A DNA stretch of 64,000 bases from Mobula hypostoma (lineage: Eukaryota). Every line of letters starts with the position of its first letter. Position 1 is the stretch's first letter. A model generated the notes under the pieces. That model searched no databases and was not told the DNA's origin. It worked only from the letters and a program-made list of their open reading frames with translations. Shown here piece after piece: positions 12,435-25,158 of this stretch. The stretch lies in the NCBI RefSeq assembly GCF_963921235.1, contig NC_086107.1:110300001-110364000 (forward strand), in the 5' to 3' direction. The translations under genes were made by a program, and so were the position numbers.

Positions 12435-12590
12435 GCAGCAACACACATCAGGTCCTGACGAAGGGTCTCGGCCTGAAACGTCGACTGCGCCTCTTCCTAT
12501 AGATGCTGCTTGGCCTGCTGCGTTCACCAGCAACTTTGATGTGTGTTGCTCGAATTTCCAGCATCTGCAGAATTCCTGTTGTTTGCGTTG
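12435..12590 (+). mobile_element. Penelope-type mini insertion with 13-bp TSD and short 5' inversion
   Basis: TSD tccacaattaatt at 12422-12434 and 12591-12603; 12437-12450 is the reverse complement of 12537-12550. Confidence 0.85.
12451..12487 (+). ncRNA. Minimal type-I hammerhead ribozyme motif
   Basis: ggtc-CTGACGA-agggtctcggcct-GAAA-cg-TC-gact: complete core, stem II hairpin, palindromic ACGT stem III; predicted cleavage after 12482. Confidence 0.7.
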
Positions 12591-13274
12591 TCCACAATTA
12601 ATTCCTTGGTCTTGCTGACGTTGAGCGCGAGGTGGTTGTTGTTAAATCATTCAACCTTGATTCTAATTAATGTATTCACTCAGTGCTGAGCAAGGTCAAA
12701 CAAAGCCATCGTCACTGTAACGCGTTTCTCAAGCTTTCTCGTCGCAATGCCATAACTTGCATCCATAAATCTAAAGGTCTTCTTATCTTCCAATGTCAGA
12801 CCTCACCAACAGGAGAAAATATATGGATCACTTTCCGTATTCTGGGGCTCATCTCTCAAGTGAAAGTGTAGATGAAATTCACCACTTGTCTGCGTGCCTA
12901 AGAAAGTGGTGGCAGTTTACCTCAGTCTGGCATCAAGTTGTTCCTACACTTCAGAAACATGGGCATCCAAACACACAAGAGAAATACTTCCAAATCCATT
13001 TGCAGTGTAGATTAACTAATTTCAGGCCTTTCTCAGTACAACATCCTCATACTGAGATTCTAATTATACTCAGACATCATTTATGAGAGGGTCACATGAT
13101 TTGCAGTGTCTTCGTTAGACTTTCTAACCAGGCATGCCACTGAGCCTTAATGTAGCAATAAAAATATCAGAAACCAAAAGAAGATGCTTCCAGAATATTC
13201 AGAGCTTCCTTGGAAAATACAGCATCCTGAATGACTTGTCGAAATCCTCAGCCCACACCAATCAAAATGGAGGA

Positions 13275-13890
13275 GATTATTATGATTATGAGGACACGCA
13301 GTCTCTTTTTATTGTCATTTAGTAACGCATGCATTAAGAAATGATAAAATGTTTTTCCAGAATGATATCACGAAAACACATGACAAACTGACTTAAAAAC
13401 TAACAAAAACCACATAATTATAACATATAGTTACAACAGTGCAAAGCAATACCATAATTTGATGAGAACAGACCATGGCACAGTAAAAGTCTCAAAGTCT
13501 CTTGAAAGTCCCATCATCTCACGCAGACGGTAAACCTCCAGCACCGCCAACTTGCCGGTGCAGCATACTAGAAGCACCCGACCACAGTCCAACTCAGAGT
13601 CCGTCCGAAAAACTCTGAGCCTCCGACCCACCTCTTCGACCCCGGCCCCGGCAACAGGCAATATGCAAAGCTGAGGATTTGGGGCCTTCGTCTCCGGAGA
13701 TTCTCAATCGCACAGTAGCAGTAGCAGTGAAGCAGGCATTTCAGAAGTTACTCCAGATGTTCCTCTGCGCTTCTCACAGCTGTCTCCATCAAATCCAGAT
13801 TGTGCACGGCCCCTTAGTCAACACATATCGATATCAATTCGGAACGGCCGTGCGCGCGCTGTATTGCGCCGCCATCATCTCCTCCCTCCT
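13275..13890 (-). mobile_element. Non-coding ~620 bp retroposon, copy 1
   Basis: Colinear with 31061-31735; same 5' start and tail aatgacaataaa...gtcctcataatc. Confidence 0.85.
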
Positions 13891-13920
13891 TGAAACCTGA
13901 ATCTAGAGTCTCTTTATCCA

Positions 13921-14207
13921 AAGCATCTGTTAGTCTTGCGAGACCATGGATCTGCGCCTGGAAAGTCTTCCTGGGCAAGGTTGTATGGAAGACCGGCAGT
14001 TGCCCATGCTGCAAGTCTCCCCTCTCCATGACACCGATGTTGTCCAAGGGAAGGGCATTAGGACCCATACAGCTTGGCACCAGTGTCGTCACAGAGCACT
14101 GTGATTAAGTGCCGTGCTCAAGGACACAACACATTGCCTCAGCTGGAGCTCGAACTCATGACTTTCAGGTTGCTAGTCCAATGCCTTAACCACTTGGCCA
14201 CATACCC
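13921..14207 (-). mobile_element. tRNA-derived CORE-like SINE, copy 1
   Basis: Minus: tggccaagtggttaagg (A box), gagttcgagc (B box), gtgtccttgagcacggcacttaatc (CORE-like); near-identical to 30276-30573. Confidence 0.85.
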
Positions 14208-14477
14208 ACAGAACAATAAAGGAGCACACCATCGCCACTACCATTCTTCACATCAAGCAGCTCCTGTCCTGCAGATCCCACACAAGACTCATCAGCCATC
14301 TCAAAAGAAAAATCAGCATTCGGAAAGGAAGCAAGCTATCCTTGAAGTAATGTGCAAGATGACAATAATTCTGCTACAGAGCCCAGAATGCAAGCAATCA
14401 AACATTCTTAACTCCTCACTTATTCCCTTCTAAAGCTAAGGGAAGTTTGGCAACTTGGTGTTCCTGTTACTTTCAAA

Positions 14478-15297
14478 ACGGATGAGGTCCAGCACCTGGC
14501 CGCATGGTGTGCCAACAACAACCTGGCCCTTAACAGCCAGAAGACCAAGGAGATCATTGTGGACTTCAGGCATGCCAGGAGTCACACTCACGTCCCCATC
14601 TACATCAACGGAGCTGTAGTGGAGCATGCATCAAGCTTCAAATTCCTTGGTGTCCACATTTCTGAGGATCTCACGTGGTCCCTGAACTCCTCCATCCTGA
14701 TCAAAAAGGTGCAACAGCGCCTTTATTTCCTGTGGAGCATCAAGAAAGCTCACCTCTGTCCCAGGATACTGACGGACTTTTACCGCTGTACTATTGAGAG
14801 CATACTCACCAACTGCATCTCAGTGTGGTGTAGCAATTGTTCTGTATCAGACTGCAAAGCACTCCAGCATGTGGTGAAAACTACCCAGCAGATTATTGGC
14901 ACCCAATTGCCCACCGTTGACAACATCTGCCATAAACGCTGCCTGGGCAAGGCAAAAAGCATTATCAGGGATGCATCTCACCCTAACCATGGACTTTTTA
15001 CTCTCCTCCCATCCGGTAGGCGCTACAGGAACCTCCGCTCCCACACCAGCAGGCACAGGAAGAGCTTCTTCCCTGAGGCTGTGACCCTGCTGAACCTCAC
15101 ATCACAGTGCTAAGCAGTATTGCACCCATATTGTACTGTCTCAGTACTTTCATATTTGTGTGCTGTAGCACTTACTTTTTATTCACAGTTATTTTGTAAA
15201 TAACACTATTCTTTGCATTTCTGGTTAGATGCTAATTGCATTTCATTGGCTTTGTATCTGTACTCGGCACAATGACAATAAAGTTGAATCTAATCTA
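14478..15297 (+). mobile_element. Rex1/Babar-like LINE 3' fragment with uninterrupted RT C-terminal frame (14478-15113)
   Basis: DEVQHLAAWCANNNLALNSQKTKEIIVDFR...FKFLGVHISEDLTWS...QQRLYFL...FYRCTIESILT...LLPSGRRYR; tail aatgacaataaagttgaatctaatcta. Confidence 0.9.
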
Positions 15298-16814
15298 AAA
15301 ATGTAACCAGTATTTACTGAAACTGGATACATTTTGGCACTAAATTGTTTTAGAAGAAAGCACAAGGAATAACTCAATTTGGATCTTGGTGAAAATCAAC
15401 TGGTTTTGATAGTCAGCTCAAGGAATATTTAAAATCTATATATAAAGAGCTTCACTTTCTCCAACATTGCCAAATGCCTTTTGTATGATTAGTCTCTCAT
15501 CAGGGAGGAAAAGAATAGGTAAGCACTCTGCTTCCCAAAGTCTCTCAATCATTACAACCATTTGTTAAACCCTCTACGTTAAACTAATATCACACAGCAT
15601 ATCTTTTAAAATTCAGTCACTGAAAACGCTTTTATTTTATTGTCTACTCCCCTCCGACAACTGTTTAAAACAGTTGACCCTAAAGATGCATTAGTATTCA
15701 AAAATTTTTAAAAGGTATCTACATTAAAACCATTTCCTTATTAGACTGGATTTTAGAAATGAACTGTATTCTCCTTACAGTATCTTTAATTGTTTTTGTG
15801 CATTCCATAATGAAAGTTATGATATGAAGTCATTAACTTGCTCAAAATGGTCAATATTCAAAAACTATAGAATGAGCAAAAAAATGCAGTCAACTGGTCA
15901 CTGAATTATTATACATATTCAAATTTGCTGAACATTCAACCAATTAGCATTCAAGTGAAGCACATTAATGTATCTTACAATTATCTAATAAATCAAGAGT
16001 CAAAATTAAGTGAAGGTCATCAGACATTTAATGCATAGTAATACTGTAATAACTTCTTCATTACAAACTAATTTTGTGAAATTTTGTCTCCCTGCCTCAT
16101 TTTAACCTGAATATGTAAACTGATAAGTTTACTTCAAAATAAAACTGTCAATTACTAATCTGTTTGTACAAGCAAAAATCGAGCTTCAAAACAAACCAGA
16201 AGGAAACCTGTCCATTTAGGGTCATCCTTAGTGCAAAAGTTCAGGTTCTACAAAAAGAGAAGCACTTATAACTTTATTTGATCTTTTAAAATTTATCGAA
16301 GAACTCTGCACCAAATATCCAATAATTGCATTCAAATCATGGTATAATAAACACTTGAAAACAAAATACAACCAATCCATGTTTCCATTCATCATCCCCA
16401 CCCAAATCCAGTTTAAGAGACTATTGCAACTGCTATAGTGATACTCAACCGTAAGGGCCTTTCAAATGGCACTAGCAACATACAGCAACGTTTTGTGGGC
16501 AGCTCACAAAATGAGATAAACTTATTTTGAACTACAATCACTGCAATTGCCCAACAAGAAATGTACTTTTGAATCATCTAAACAAATTAACAATTTCACG
16601 ATCTCCTGAAGGACTCCGTGAACATGACTCCAGAATTGCACTTATGGGACCTTGAAGCAGACGATGGTCAGCCTTTTCTGGAAGGGAGAGTGGAAGAGCT
16701 GGTCGGAGCATGGAAAACTGTCTCTTCCATGGCAAACCCTAACCTCAGCCTCACTACTGTGCCAGCCAAGGTCCCCCCATTAGCTTGTCTGTCCCATTTG
16801 CCCGTGTTTGACCC

Positions 16815-17190
16815 ATCTTCCTCTCTTCTCACTACTACCAATAGGCAGAAGGTGCAGGAGTCATGGGTCCCACGCCACCAGGTTCAGCAGTTGTTACCCT
16901 GCAGTCATCAGCCTCCCACAACAGTTTCATTCTCTTCAGCGCTGAATTGACTCCGCAACCTGTGGACTAACTTTCAGCGATTCTGAAGATCATACGAGTT
17001 ATTTGTTTACTTTCTTTTATTATTTGCACGATTTGTTCTCTTTTGCACATGTTTGTCAGTCTTTGTTATGTGTTTTTTTTTGTGAATCCTATTGTATTTC
17101 TTTGTTTTCCTGTGTGGATGCCTGCCAAGCAAATGAATCTTAATGTTGTATAAGGTACATCTACTTGAATAATAAATTTGAACTTTGAGT
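16815..17190 (+). mobile_element. Rex1/Babar 3' fragment (tail type A)
   Basis: ctactaccaataggcagaaggtgcagg... ending aataaatttgaactttga. Confidence 0.75.
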
Positions 17191-17317
17191 TGTGTTATTG
17201 AAACTCAAGTGAAATGACAGTAGAATACTATAATTATCTTAAAACTTGGTGATATTCTACCAGAAACATTACTTTTGTGTGCTGGCTGCAATGACACAGT
17301 TTTCTCCCTAGAAGATG

Positions 17318-17567
17318 TTATTTATTTAGAGACAGTGCAGAATAGGCTGTACCACCCAGTAAGCCCCGATTTAACCCTATTAACAGTTGACCAATTAACC
17401 TTCTAATAAGTGTGTCTTTAAACTGTGGGAGAAAACCAGAGGACTTGGAGAAAACCCACATATTTCCAGGGTAGTCACAGAGATTCAACACCGAAGACGT
17501 TGGAAGTGAACTCTGACATGCCGAGCTGTAATAGCATTGCTCTAACCGCGACTTTACCATGGTGCCC
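17318..17567 (-). mobile_element. HE1-like V-SINE (CR1-type tail)
   Basis: Minus: gggcaccatggtaaagtcgcggttagagc head, ggttttctcccacagtttaaagac V-domain, (taaa)n tail. Confidence 0.8.
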
Positions 17568-17895
17568 AAATAGATGCCTGCATCTGGTTACAGGATAATG
17601 CCATTTCAGTTAAGTAGAGGATGTCAGATCCCATACACCTATAATCTATCCAGCTTTACTGGCTTTCCAAGAGAAGGTAAAACAGTAAAAGAAACTCTCC
17701 TCAATAATCCTGGTCTGCACTTTAATGCTTTGTAATAAGGCTTTCCCAACTACCACAGCAGAACAGCTAACAAAGCACATTATCAAAAAGATTTGGGCAG
17801 ATATGATAGGCAAGGAGCAAAAAGAGCTTCAACAATAATTTCCTAAGTGCATTAAATAACAAAAAATGAAATCTATGTGAGTATGATGATCAAAG

Positions 17896-18925
17896 CTAAG
17901 TTCAAAGTAAATTTTATTATCAAAGTACATATATGTCACCATATAAAACCTAAGGTTCATTTGCCTGTTGGCATACTCAGCAAATCTATAAAAACGTAAC
18001 TGTAACAGGATCAATGAAAGATCAACCAGAGTGCACAAAACAACAACTGCAAATATAAACAAATAGCAATGAATAACGAGAACATGAGATGAGATAAGAG
18101 TCCTTAAAGTGAGATCATTGGTTGTAGGAACATTTCACTGATGGACTAGTGAGTGTCATTATCCCCTTTTATTCAAGAGCCTGATGGTTGAGGGGTAGTC
18201 ACTGTTGTTGAACCTGGTGGTGATAGTCCTGAGGACTTGTATCTTCTACCTAATGGCAGCAGCGAGAAGAAAGCATGACCTAGGTGGCGGGGATCTCTGA
18301 TGATGGATGCTGCTTTCTTGCAATAGCGTCTCATGTAGATGTGCTCAATGGTTAGGAGGGCTTTATGCATGATGTACTAGGTCAAATCCACTCCCTTTTG
18401 TAGGATTTTTCATTGAAAGGCATTGGTGTTTTCACACCAGGCCATGATACAGCCAGTCAATATACTCTCCACTACACATTTATAAAAGTTTTAGATGTCA
18501 TGTTGAATCTCTGCAGACTCCAGTGCTTTCTCTGCAATTGTACTTACGTGCTTGCATCCTGCAGGTCCTCTAAAATAGTAACACCCAGGTATTTTAAGTT
18601 GCTAACCTCTCTACCTCTGATCATCCAATAAGGACTGGCTCTTGGACCTCTGCTTTCCCTCTCCTTTCAGTCTATAATCAGTTCCTTGAACTGTTGATGT
18701 TGAGTGAGAGGCTGTTATGACACCACTCAGCCAAAATTTCAATCTCTCTCCTGCATGCTGATTCATCACTTTTGATTCAGCCCACAACAGTGGTGTCATC
18801 AGCAAACTTGAATATGGTGTTGAAGCTGTACTTTGCCAGTCATAGGTGTTAAGTGAGTAGAGCAGGGGACTAAGCACACAGCCCTGTGGTGCACCAGTGC
18901 TGATGGAGATCGTGGAGGAGGGGAT
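17896..18925 (-). mobile_element. Rex1/Babar LINE 3' ~1 kb (tail type A)
   Basis: STGAPQGCVLSPLLYSL, KFADDTTVVG and KKAASIIRDP.H.GHAFFSLLPLGRRY motifs, with frameshifts. Confidence 0.9.
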
Positions 18926-19184
18926 TTTGATACCAGTGATGACTTTCTACAACTTCCATCAATTCTGGTTAGCATTTGATCAACTGGCCACAATACATTG
19001 TTCTGAGCAAAGATGGAAGTCATTGAAACAAAAGTAATTTCATCAATATTATTCTGCCTATTGCTTACGAATCCAAGCAATATGTATTTTGGGGCTTCAA
19101 TAAGTAGTCTGTGACCATGTGTTTTTCTTTACCTCATACAGTAATCAGTATCAAACAATATTAAGAAGGAAAAATTGAGCACAT

Positions 19185-19605
19185 TGAGTGCTGTCGCAGG
19201 AGAACAACATCCATCAAGGACCCCCACCATCCAGGAAGGTACAGAAGCAAGACCCACCAGATTCAAGAACAATTATTATCCCTCAACCATCAGGCTCCGG
19301 AACCAGAGGGGATAACTTCACTCACCTCAACACTGAAATGTTCCCACAACCTACGGACTCATTTTCAAGGACTCTTCATTTCATGTTCTCGATATTTATT
19401 ACTTATTTATTGCTACTTATTTTTCCTTTTGTATTTGTGCAATCTGTTGTGTTTTGCAGATTAATTGTTTTCTGTCCTGTTGGGTGCGGTCTTTCATTGA
19501 TTCTATTGTGTTTTTTTGCATTTACTGTGAATGCCCGCAAGAATCTCAGGGTTAGATATAGTGACATTTTCGTACCTTGATAATAAATTTACTTTGAAGT
19601 TTGAA
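19185..19605 (+). mobile_element. Rex1/Babar 3' fragment (tail type A)
   Basis: catcaaggacccccaccatccagg... ending gataataaatttactttgaagtttga. Confidence 0.8.
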
Positions 19606-19679
19606 ATAATTAAGGACATCATGTAAAGTGTTAAGACAGTATCTTTGTCATGAGAATAACCTAAGGCTACCCTAAGAAG

Positions 19680-22415
19680 GTTTGCTATGGCTATTGGGGA
19701 GAGTTTAAACTAGTATTGCTGGGGGCGGGGGGTGGGAACTGAAGAGATGGAGGAAGGGGCGGTTGGCTCACAAATAGAGAAAGCTTGGAGACAGTCCGAC
19801 AGGGAGGATAGGCAGGTGATAGAGAAGGGATACGCTCAGACCGATGGTTTGAGATGTATCTACTTTAACGCAAGAAGCATCATGAACAAAGTGCATGAGC
19901 TTACAGCATGGATCAGTACTTGGAGCTATGACGTTGTGGCCATTACAGAGACTTGGATGGCTCAGGGGCAGGAATGGTTACTTCGAGTGCCAGGCTTTAG
20001 ATGTTTCAGAAAGGACAGTGAAGGAGACAAAAGAGGTGGGGGCGTGGCACTGCTGATCAGAGATAGTGTCACTGCTGCAGAAAAGGAGGAAGTCACGGAG
20101 GGATTGTCTATGAGTCTAAGTGGATGGAAGTCAGAAACAGGAAAGGGTCAATATCTCTACTGGGTGTTTTTTTTTAATATAGACCACCCAATAGTAACAG
20201 AGACATCGAGGAGCAGATAGGGAGACAGATTCTGAAAAGGTATAATAAGAGTCCTCGTGGTGGAAGATTTTAATTTCCTAAATATTGATTGGCATCTCCC
20301 TAGAGCAAGAGGTTTAGATGGGGTGGAGTTTGTTAGGTGTATTCAGGAAGGTTTCTTGACACAATATGTAGATAAGCCTACAAGAGGAGAAGCTGTACTT
20401 GATCTGGTATTGGGAAGTGAACCTGGTCAGGTGTCAGGTCTCTCAGTGGAAGAGCATTTTGGAGATAATGATCACAATTCTATCTCCTTTACCATAGCAT
20501 TGGAGAGGGATAGGAACAGACAAGTTAGGAAAACGGTTAATTGGAGTAAGGGGAAATATGAGGCTATCAGGCAGTAACTTGGAAGCATAAATTGGGAATA
20601 GATGTTCTCAGGGAAATGTACAACAGAAATGTGGCAAATGTTCAAGGGATATTTGAGTGGCGTTCTACATAGGTATGTTCCAATGAGACAAGGAAAGGAT
20701 GGTAGGGTACAGGAACCGTGGTGTACAAAGGCTGTTGAAAAGCTAGTAAAGTAAAGAAAAGCTTACAAAAGGTTCAAAAAAACTAGGAAGTGATAGAGAT
20801 CTAGAAGATAAGGCTAGCAGGGAAGAGCTTATGAATGAAATTAGAAGAGCCAGTATGGACTATGAGAAGGTCTTGGCAAGCAGGATTGAAGAAAACCCCA
20901 AGGCATTCTACAAGTATGTGAAGAGCAAGACGATAAGACATGAGAGAATAGGACCAATCAAGTGTGAGTGGAAAAATGTGTACGGAACTGGAGGAAATAG
21001 CAGAGGTACTGAATGAGTACTTTGCTTCAGTATTCACTACGGAAAAGGATCTTGGTGACTGTAGGGTTGAAAAGCTTTCAGTATATAGACATGAAGAAAG
21101 AGGATGTGCAGGAGCTTTTGGAAAGCATCAAGTTGGATAAGTCTTCTGGATCAGATGAGATGTACCCTAGGCTACTGTGGGAGGCAAGGGAAGAGATTGC
21201 TGAGCCTCTGGCAATGATCCTTGCATCATCAATGGGGGCAGGAGAGGTTCCGGAGGATTGGAGGGTTGCAGATGTTGTTCCCTTTTTCAAGAAAGGGAGT
21301 AGAGATAGCCCAGGAAATTATAGACCAGTGAGTCTTACTTCAGTGGTTGCTAAGTTGATGGAGAAGATCCAGAGAGGCAGGATTTATAAACATTTGGAGA
21401 GGCATAATATGATTAGGAATAGTCAGCATGGCTTTGTCAAAGGCAGGTCGTGCCTTACGAGGCTGACTGAATTTTTGAGGATGTGACTAAACACGTTGAT
21501 GAAGGTAGAGCAGTAGATGTAGTGTATATGGATTTCAGCAAGGAATTTGATAAGGTACCCCATGCAAGGCTTATTGAGAAAGTAAGGAGGTATGGGATCT
21601 AAGGGTACCTTGTTTTATGGATCCAAAATTGGCTTGCCCATAGAAGGCAGAGAGTGGTGTGCCTCAGGGATCTGTTCTGGGACCCCCTTCTCTTCGTGAT
21701 TTTTATAAATGACCTGAAAAAAGAATTGGAGGGATGGGTTAGTAAATTTGCTGATGACACAAAGGTTGGGGGTGTGGAGGGCTGTCAGAAGTTATAGCGG
21801 GACATCGATAGGATGCAAAACGGGGCTGAGAAGTGACAGATGGAGTTCAACCCAGGTAAGTGTGAGGTGGTTTATTTTGGCAGGTCAAATATGATGGCAG
21901 AAAATAGTATCAACAGTAAGACTCTTGGCAGTGTGGAGGATCGAAGGGATCTTGGGGCCCGAGTCCATAGGACACTCAAAGCTGCAGCACAGGTTGACTC
22001 AGTGGTTAAGGTGGCATACGGTGCATTGGCCTTCATCAACCGTGGGACTGAGTTTAAGAGCTGGGAGGTAATGTTACAGCTATATGGGACCTGGTCAGAC
22101 CTCACTTGGAGTACTGCACTCAGTTCTGGTCACCTCACGACAGGAAGGATGTGGAAACTATAGAAAGGGTGCAGAGGAGATTTACGAGGAGCATACCTCA
22201 TGAGAATAGTTTGAGTGAACTCGGCCTTTTCTCCTTGGAGTGGTGGAGGATGAGAGGTGACCTGATAGAGGTGTATAAGGATGATGAGAGGCATTGATCT
22301 TGTGGATAATCAAGAGGCTTTTTCCCAGGGCTGAAATGGCTAAAACGAGAGGGCACAGTTTTAAGGTGCTTGGAAGTATGTACACAGGAGACGGCAGGGG
22401 TAAGTTATTGTTGTG

Positions 22416-22462
<47 letters not shown>

Positions 22463-22677
22463 TTTTTTACACAGAATGGTGAGTGCGTGGAATAGGCTGC
22501 CTGTGATGGCGGTGGAGGCGGATACGATAGGGTCTTTTAAGAGACTCCTGGAAAGGTACATGGAACTTAGAAAAATAGAGGGCTACGTGTAACCCCAGGT
22601 AATTTCTAAAGTACATGCTCAGCACAGCATTGTGGGCTGAAGCGCCTGTATTATGCTGTAGGTTTTCTATGTTTCTA
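19680..22677 (+). mobile_element. CR1 LINE, ~3 kb: ORF1 end, ORF2 endonuclease and RT, 3' tail; disrupted
   Basis: LRCIYFNARSI, DVVAITETW, DFNF.NIDW, LDLVLG.EPGQV, PGNYRPVSLTSVV, SQHGFVKGRSCLT, KFADDTK, tail ttttctatgtttcta; many stops, frameshifts and deletions. Confidence 0.95.
22418..22458. repeat. (TG)n microsatellite within CR1
   Basis: About 20 TG units, read directly. Confidence 0.95.
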
Positions 22678-23444
22678 ATACCCAATCTAGTTTGCAGAAA
22701 AAGTCAAGAGAAATGAAATGATAGAAGAAATGTTGAGGTGAAGTAAGAAACCAACAAATGAAAAATCAGAAGGCAAAAAGGTCTTCCCTGATCTGCAAGA
22801 CTCAGATTCTGCATAATCACCTGTGCTTAAATTATGAGTTATAACGAGCAGGAAACAAGGTGAAACCAAAGGACTTACTGTTACCTGCTGCATGGTGCTC
22901 ACCAGAGCAACAGAATAATTCAAAACTATTTTATTTGCTGCCTTTGTTTTACTTTAGAGCCTACATTAAATGAAAACCCAAAGTGGAGTATTATCTTTGG
23001 TAATGTTTGTTCATTGTTTCGATGAATTCTGCCAAATACCTGGGCAGGAAGTCCAGAAGATTGGAGCTTACAAGTAGTGATCATGTGTTTGACCTTCTCA
23101 TCTGTAGCACATCATCCTCGAACCTTCCACAGCAAGATTGCAATTATCTGTGTGTATTCAAAATGCTGAGGATCAATTTTTGTAGGCGAGCTAATATTTA
23201 TATTGGATCATCTTCTATCCGCCTGACCTGAGACCGGAGAATTGAAACAAACTGAGATATCCTGCACAAACCTAATAAAGAAGTCGGAAACACTTTTTAA
23301 AAATCCCAAGTATTTTGTGGAGATCTCTACAAGGTCAGAAATAATACAATTAAATGAGAAACACAGCTGTGAAGAGAGCTCAGGAACAAGGTGAGACAAA
23401 GGATGGTTTAGTCCCAAGAGCAAATTCTGCAGATGAATCTCAAA

Positions 23445-23600
23445 TAAAAGCAGAAAAGACCGGAAATACTCAGGTCTTGCAGCATCTGTGGAGAGAAAAA
23501 CAGAGTTAATATTTCAAGTTAATGATCTTACAGCATTCTACTTCTTTCTCCACAAATGCTGCCTGACTTGCTGTGCACTTCCAACACTTGTATTTAATGA
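23445..23600. mobile_element. Old Penelope-type inverted terminal-repeat pair
   Basis: gcagcatctgtggagagaaa ... tttctccacaaatgctgc inverted arms, homologous to other Penelope-type ends. Confidence 0.6.
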
Positions 23601-23971
23601 TTTAGTTCTTCAAGATAAAGGGCTTTAAGACTTGTTGTCTATCTACGCCAAAACAGAGTTATTGGCAACTAATACAAAACACCAAGTTCTAGTTGAAATA
23701 AGTTTGCCACAACTTTTCTTGAATTGAATGTGTAAGCATGATTTTCCTGTGCCAGACTTTCAGCAGCAGGCTGCCTTGAAATCTTTGTAATGGTCATCTT
23801 CTCATAATCAAGGTAGGTGTACTGTATGATGTACTGGTGAAGTGACTGAATAAATTAATTTGGTGTGCAATTTGCAGCAGAAGTTTAAGTGTCTGGTGTG
23901 TTTGCTACTTTTGCTAACCAGACTAAGTGAAGGCAGGCCACATTTTCAGCAGCAAAATTAATCCACACTAA

Positions 23972-24940
23972 GAGTTACAGAGCACTACAGCACAGAAACA
24001 ACCCTTCAGCCTTATCAAACCAGTGGCGGTCTGGTTTTATTTATCTGTAGCCCTTCATACCCATCTCATCCATGTACCTTTCCAAATATCTCTTAAATGT
24101 TAAGATTACACCTGCATCTACCACTTCTACTTGCAGCTCATTCCACACTAGCATCACCCTTTGAGTGAAGAAGTTCCCCCTCCGGTTTTCCTTAAATATT
24201 TCACCTTTCACCCCAAACTCATGACCTCTAGTTCTACACACACCCACCCTGAAATGAAGAAGCCTTCTTGCATTCACTCTTATCGATTTTGTATTCCTCT
24301 ATAAGATCTCCCCTCATTCTAGGAATAAAGTACTAACTTATTCAATATTTCCCTATTACTCATGTCCTCAAATCTCAGCAACATCATTGTAAAACTTCTC
24401 TGCACTCTTTCAAGCTTATTGATATCTTTTCCTCTAGGTGGGTGACTAGAAATGCACATACCCCAAATTTTGCCTCATTTTCAAGGAATTATGGATCTGT
24501 GTCCCTTTGTTCTAACACACACCTCAGTACCCCACCAATTCACTGTGGAAGTCTTACTGTTGTTCGTCACTCCAAAGTGCAACACCTCACACTTGCCTGT
24601 ATTAAATTCTGCCATCTTTCAGTCAATTTTCCCAACTGGTACAGATCCTGCTTGTTTTGATAGACGTACTCATTGTCTACTACACCCCCAATCTTGGTGG
24701 CATCTGCAAATTTGCCAATCCAATTTACCATATTACCATTTGAATCATTAACATAGATGGTAAACAATAACAGATCCAGCACTAATCCCTGCAGGGTACT
24801 ACTTTTGTCACTGGCTTCCAGTCAGAAACAATCTACTACCCTCTCTGGCCTCTTAGCCAAGCCAATATTGAATCCAACTGATCACTTCATTTTGAATGCC
24901 AAGCAACCTAACCTCTGGACTAGCATCCCATCCAAGGCCT
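23972..24940 (-). mobile_element. CR1 3' fragment
   Basis: RTRGHEF..KG..F...RGNFFTQRVMLVWNEL (ORF 24041) and LFTIYVND...IGKFADATKIGGVVD (ORF 24567). Confidence 0.9.
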
Positions 24941-25098
24941 CAATGACCAATTCACAGAAAGAAAATAGAACTTGGTGCTTAAGTGAAAATCATGTGCCCT
25001 CTTTCCCTTTGTCTGATATCAACATTTTCTTTCTCCTTTTCAGATATTCCTGGAAAAATCTAGGCAAGAATCGAGTCAGTGTTTAAAGAGAATCTTAC

Positions 25099-25158
25099 CA
25101 AAACAGATTTAGTTCACAGTTAATTGGTGTAACTATTGTTTTTCTCCAGTGTTCAAAT
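25099..25158 (-). other. Candidate 60-nt exon
   Basis: Minus: gttcatctctgtag|ATTTGAACAC...CTGTTTTG|gtaaga; strong donor, modest acceptor. Confidence 0.3.

Larger units (their letters stand above)
12800..14345 (+). mobile_element. Decayed RTE LINE 3' part carrying two nested insertions
   Basis: MDHFPYSGAHLSSESVDEIHHL (ORF 12793); C-terminal tgcagatcccacacaagactcatcagccatctc and tail gcaagctatcc near 14270-14340. Confidence 0.7.

Noticed and set aside
14150..14207. tRNA genes (also 30510-30573, 60230-60307)
   Set aside because: tRNA-derived SINE heads attached to SINE bodies; no complete cloverleaf.
14559..15113. 184-aa ORF as a host gene
   Set aside because: It is the C-terminus of a 5'-truncated Rex1/Babar reverse transcriptase followed by a LINE tail.
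19732..22297. Series of ORFs as a functional endonuclease/RT gene
   Set aside because: A single CR1 ORF2 broken by many stops, frameshifts and deletions.
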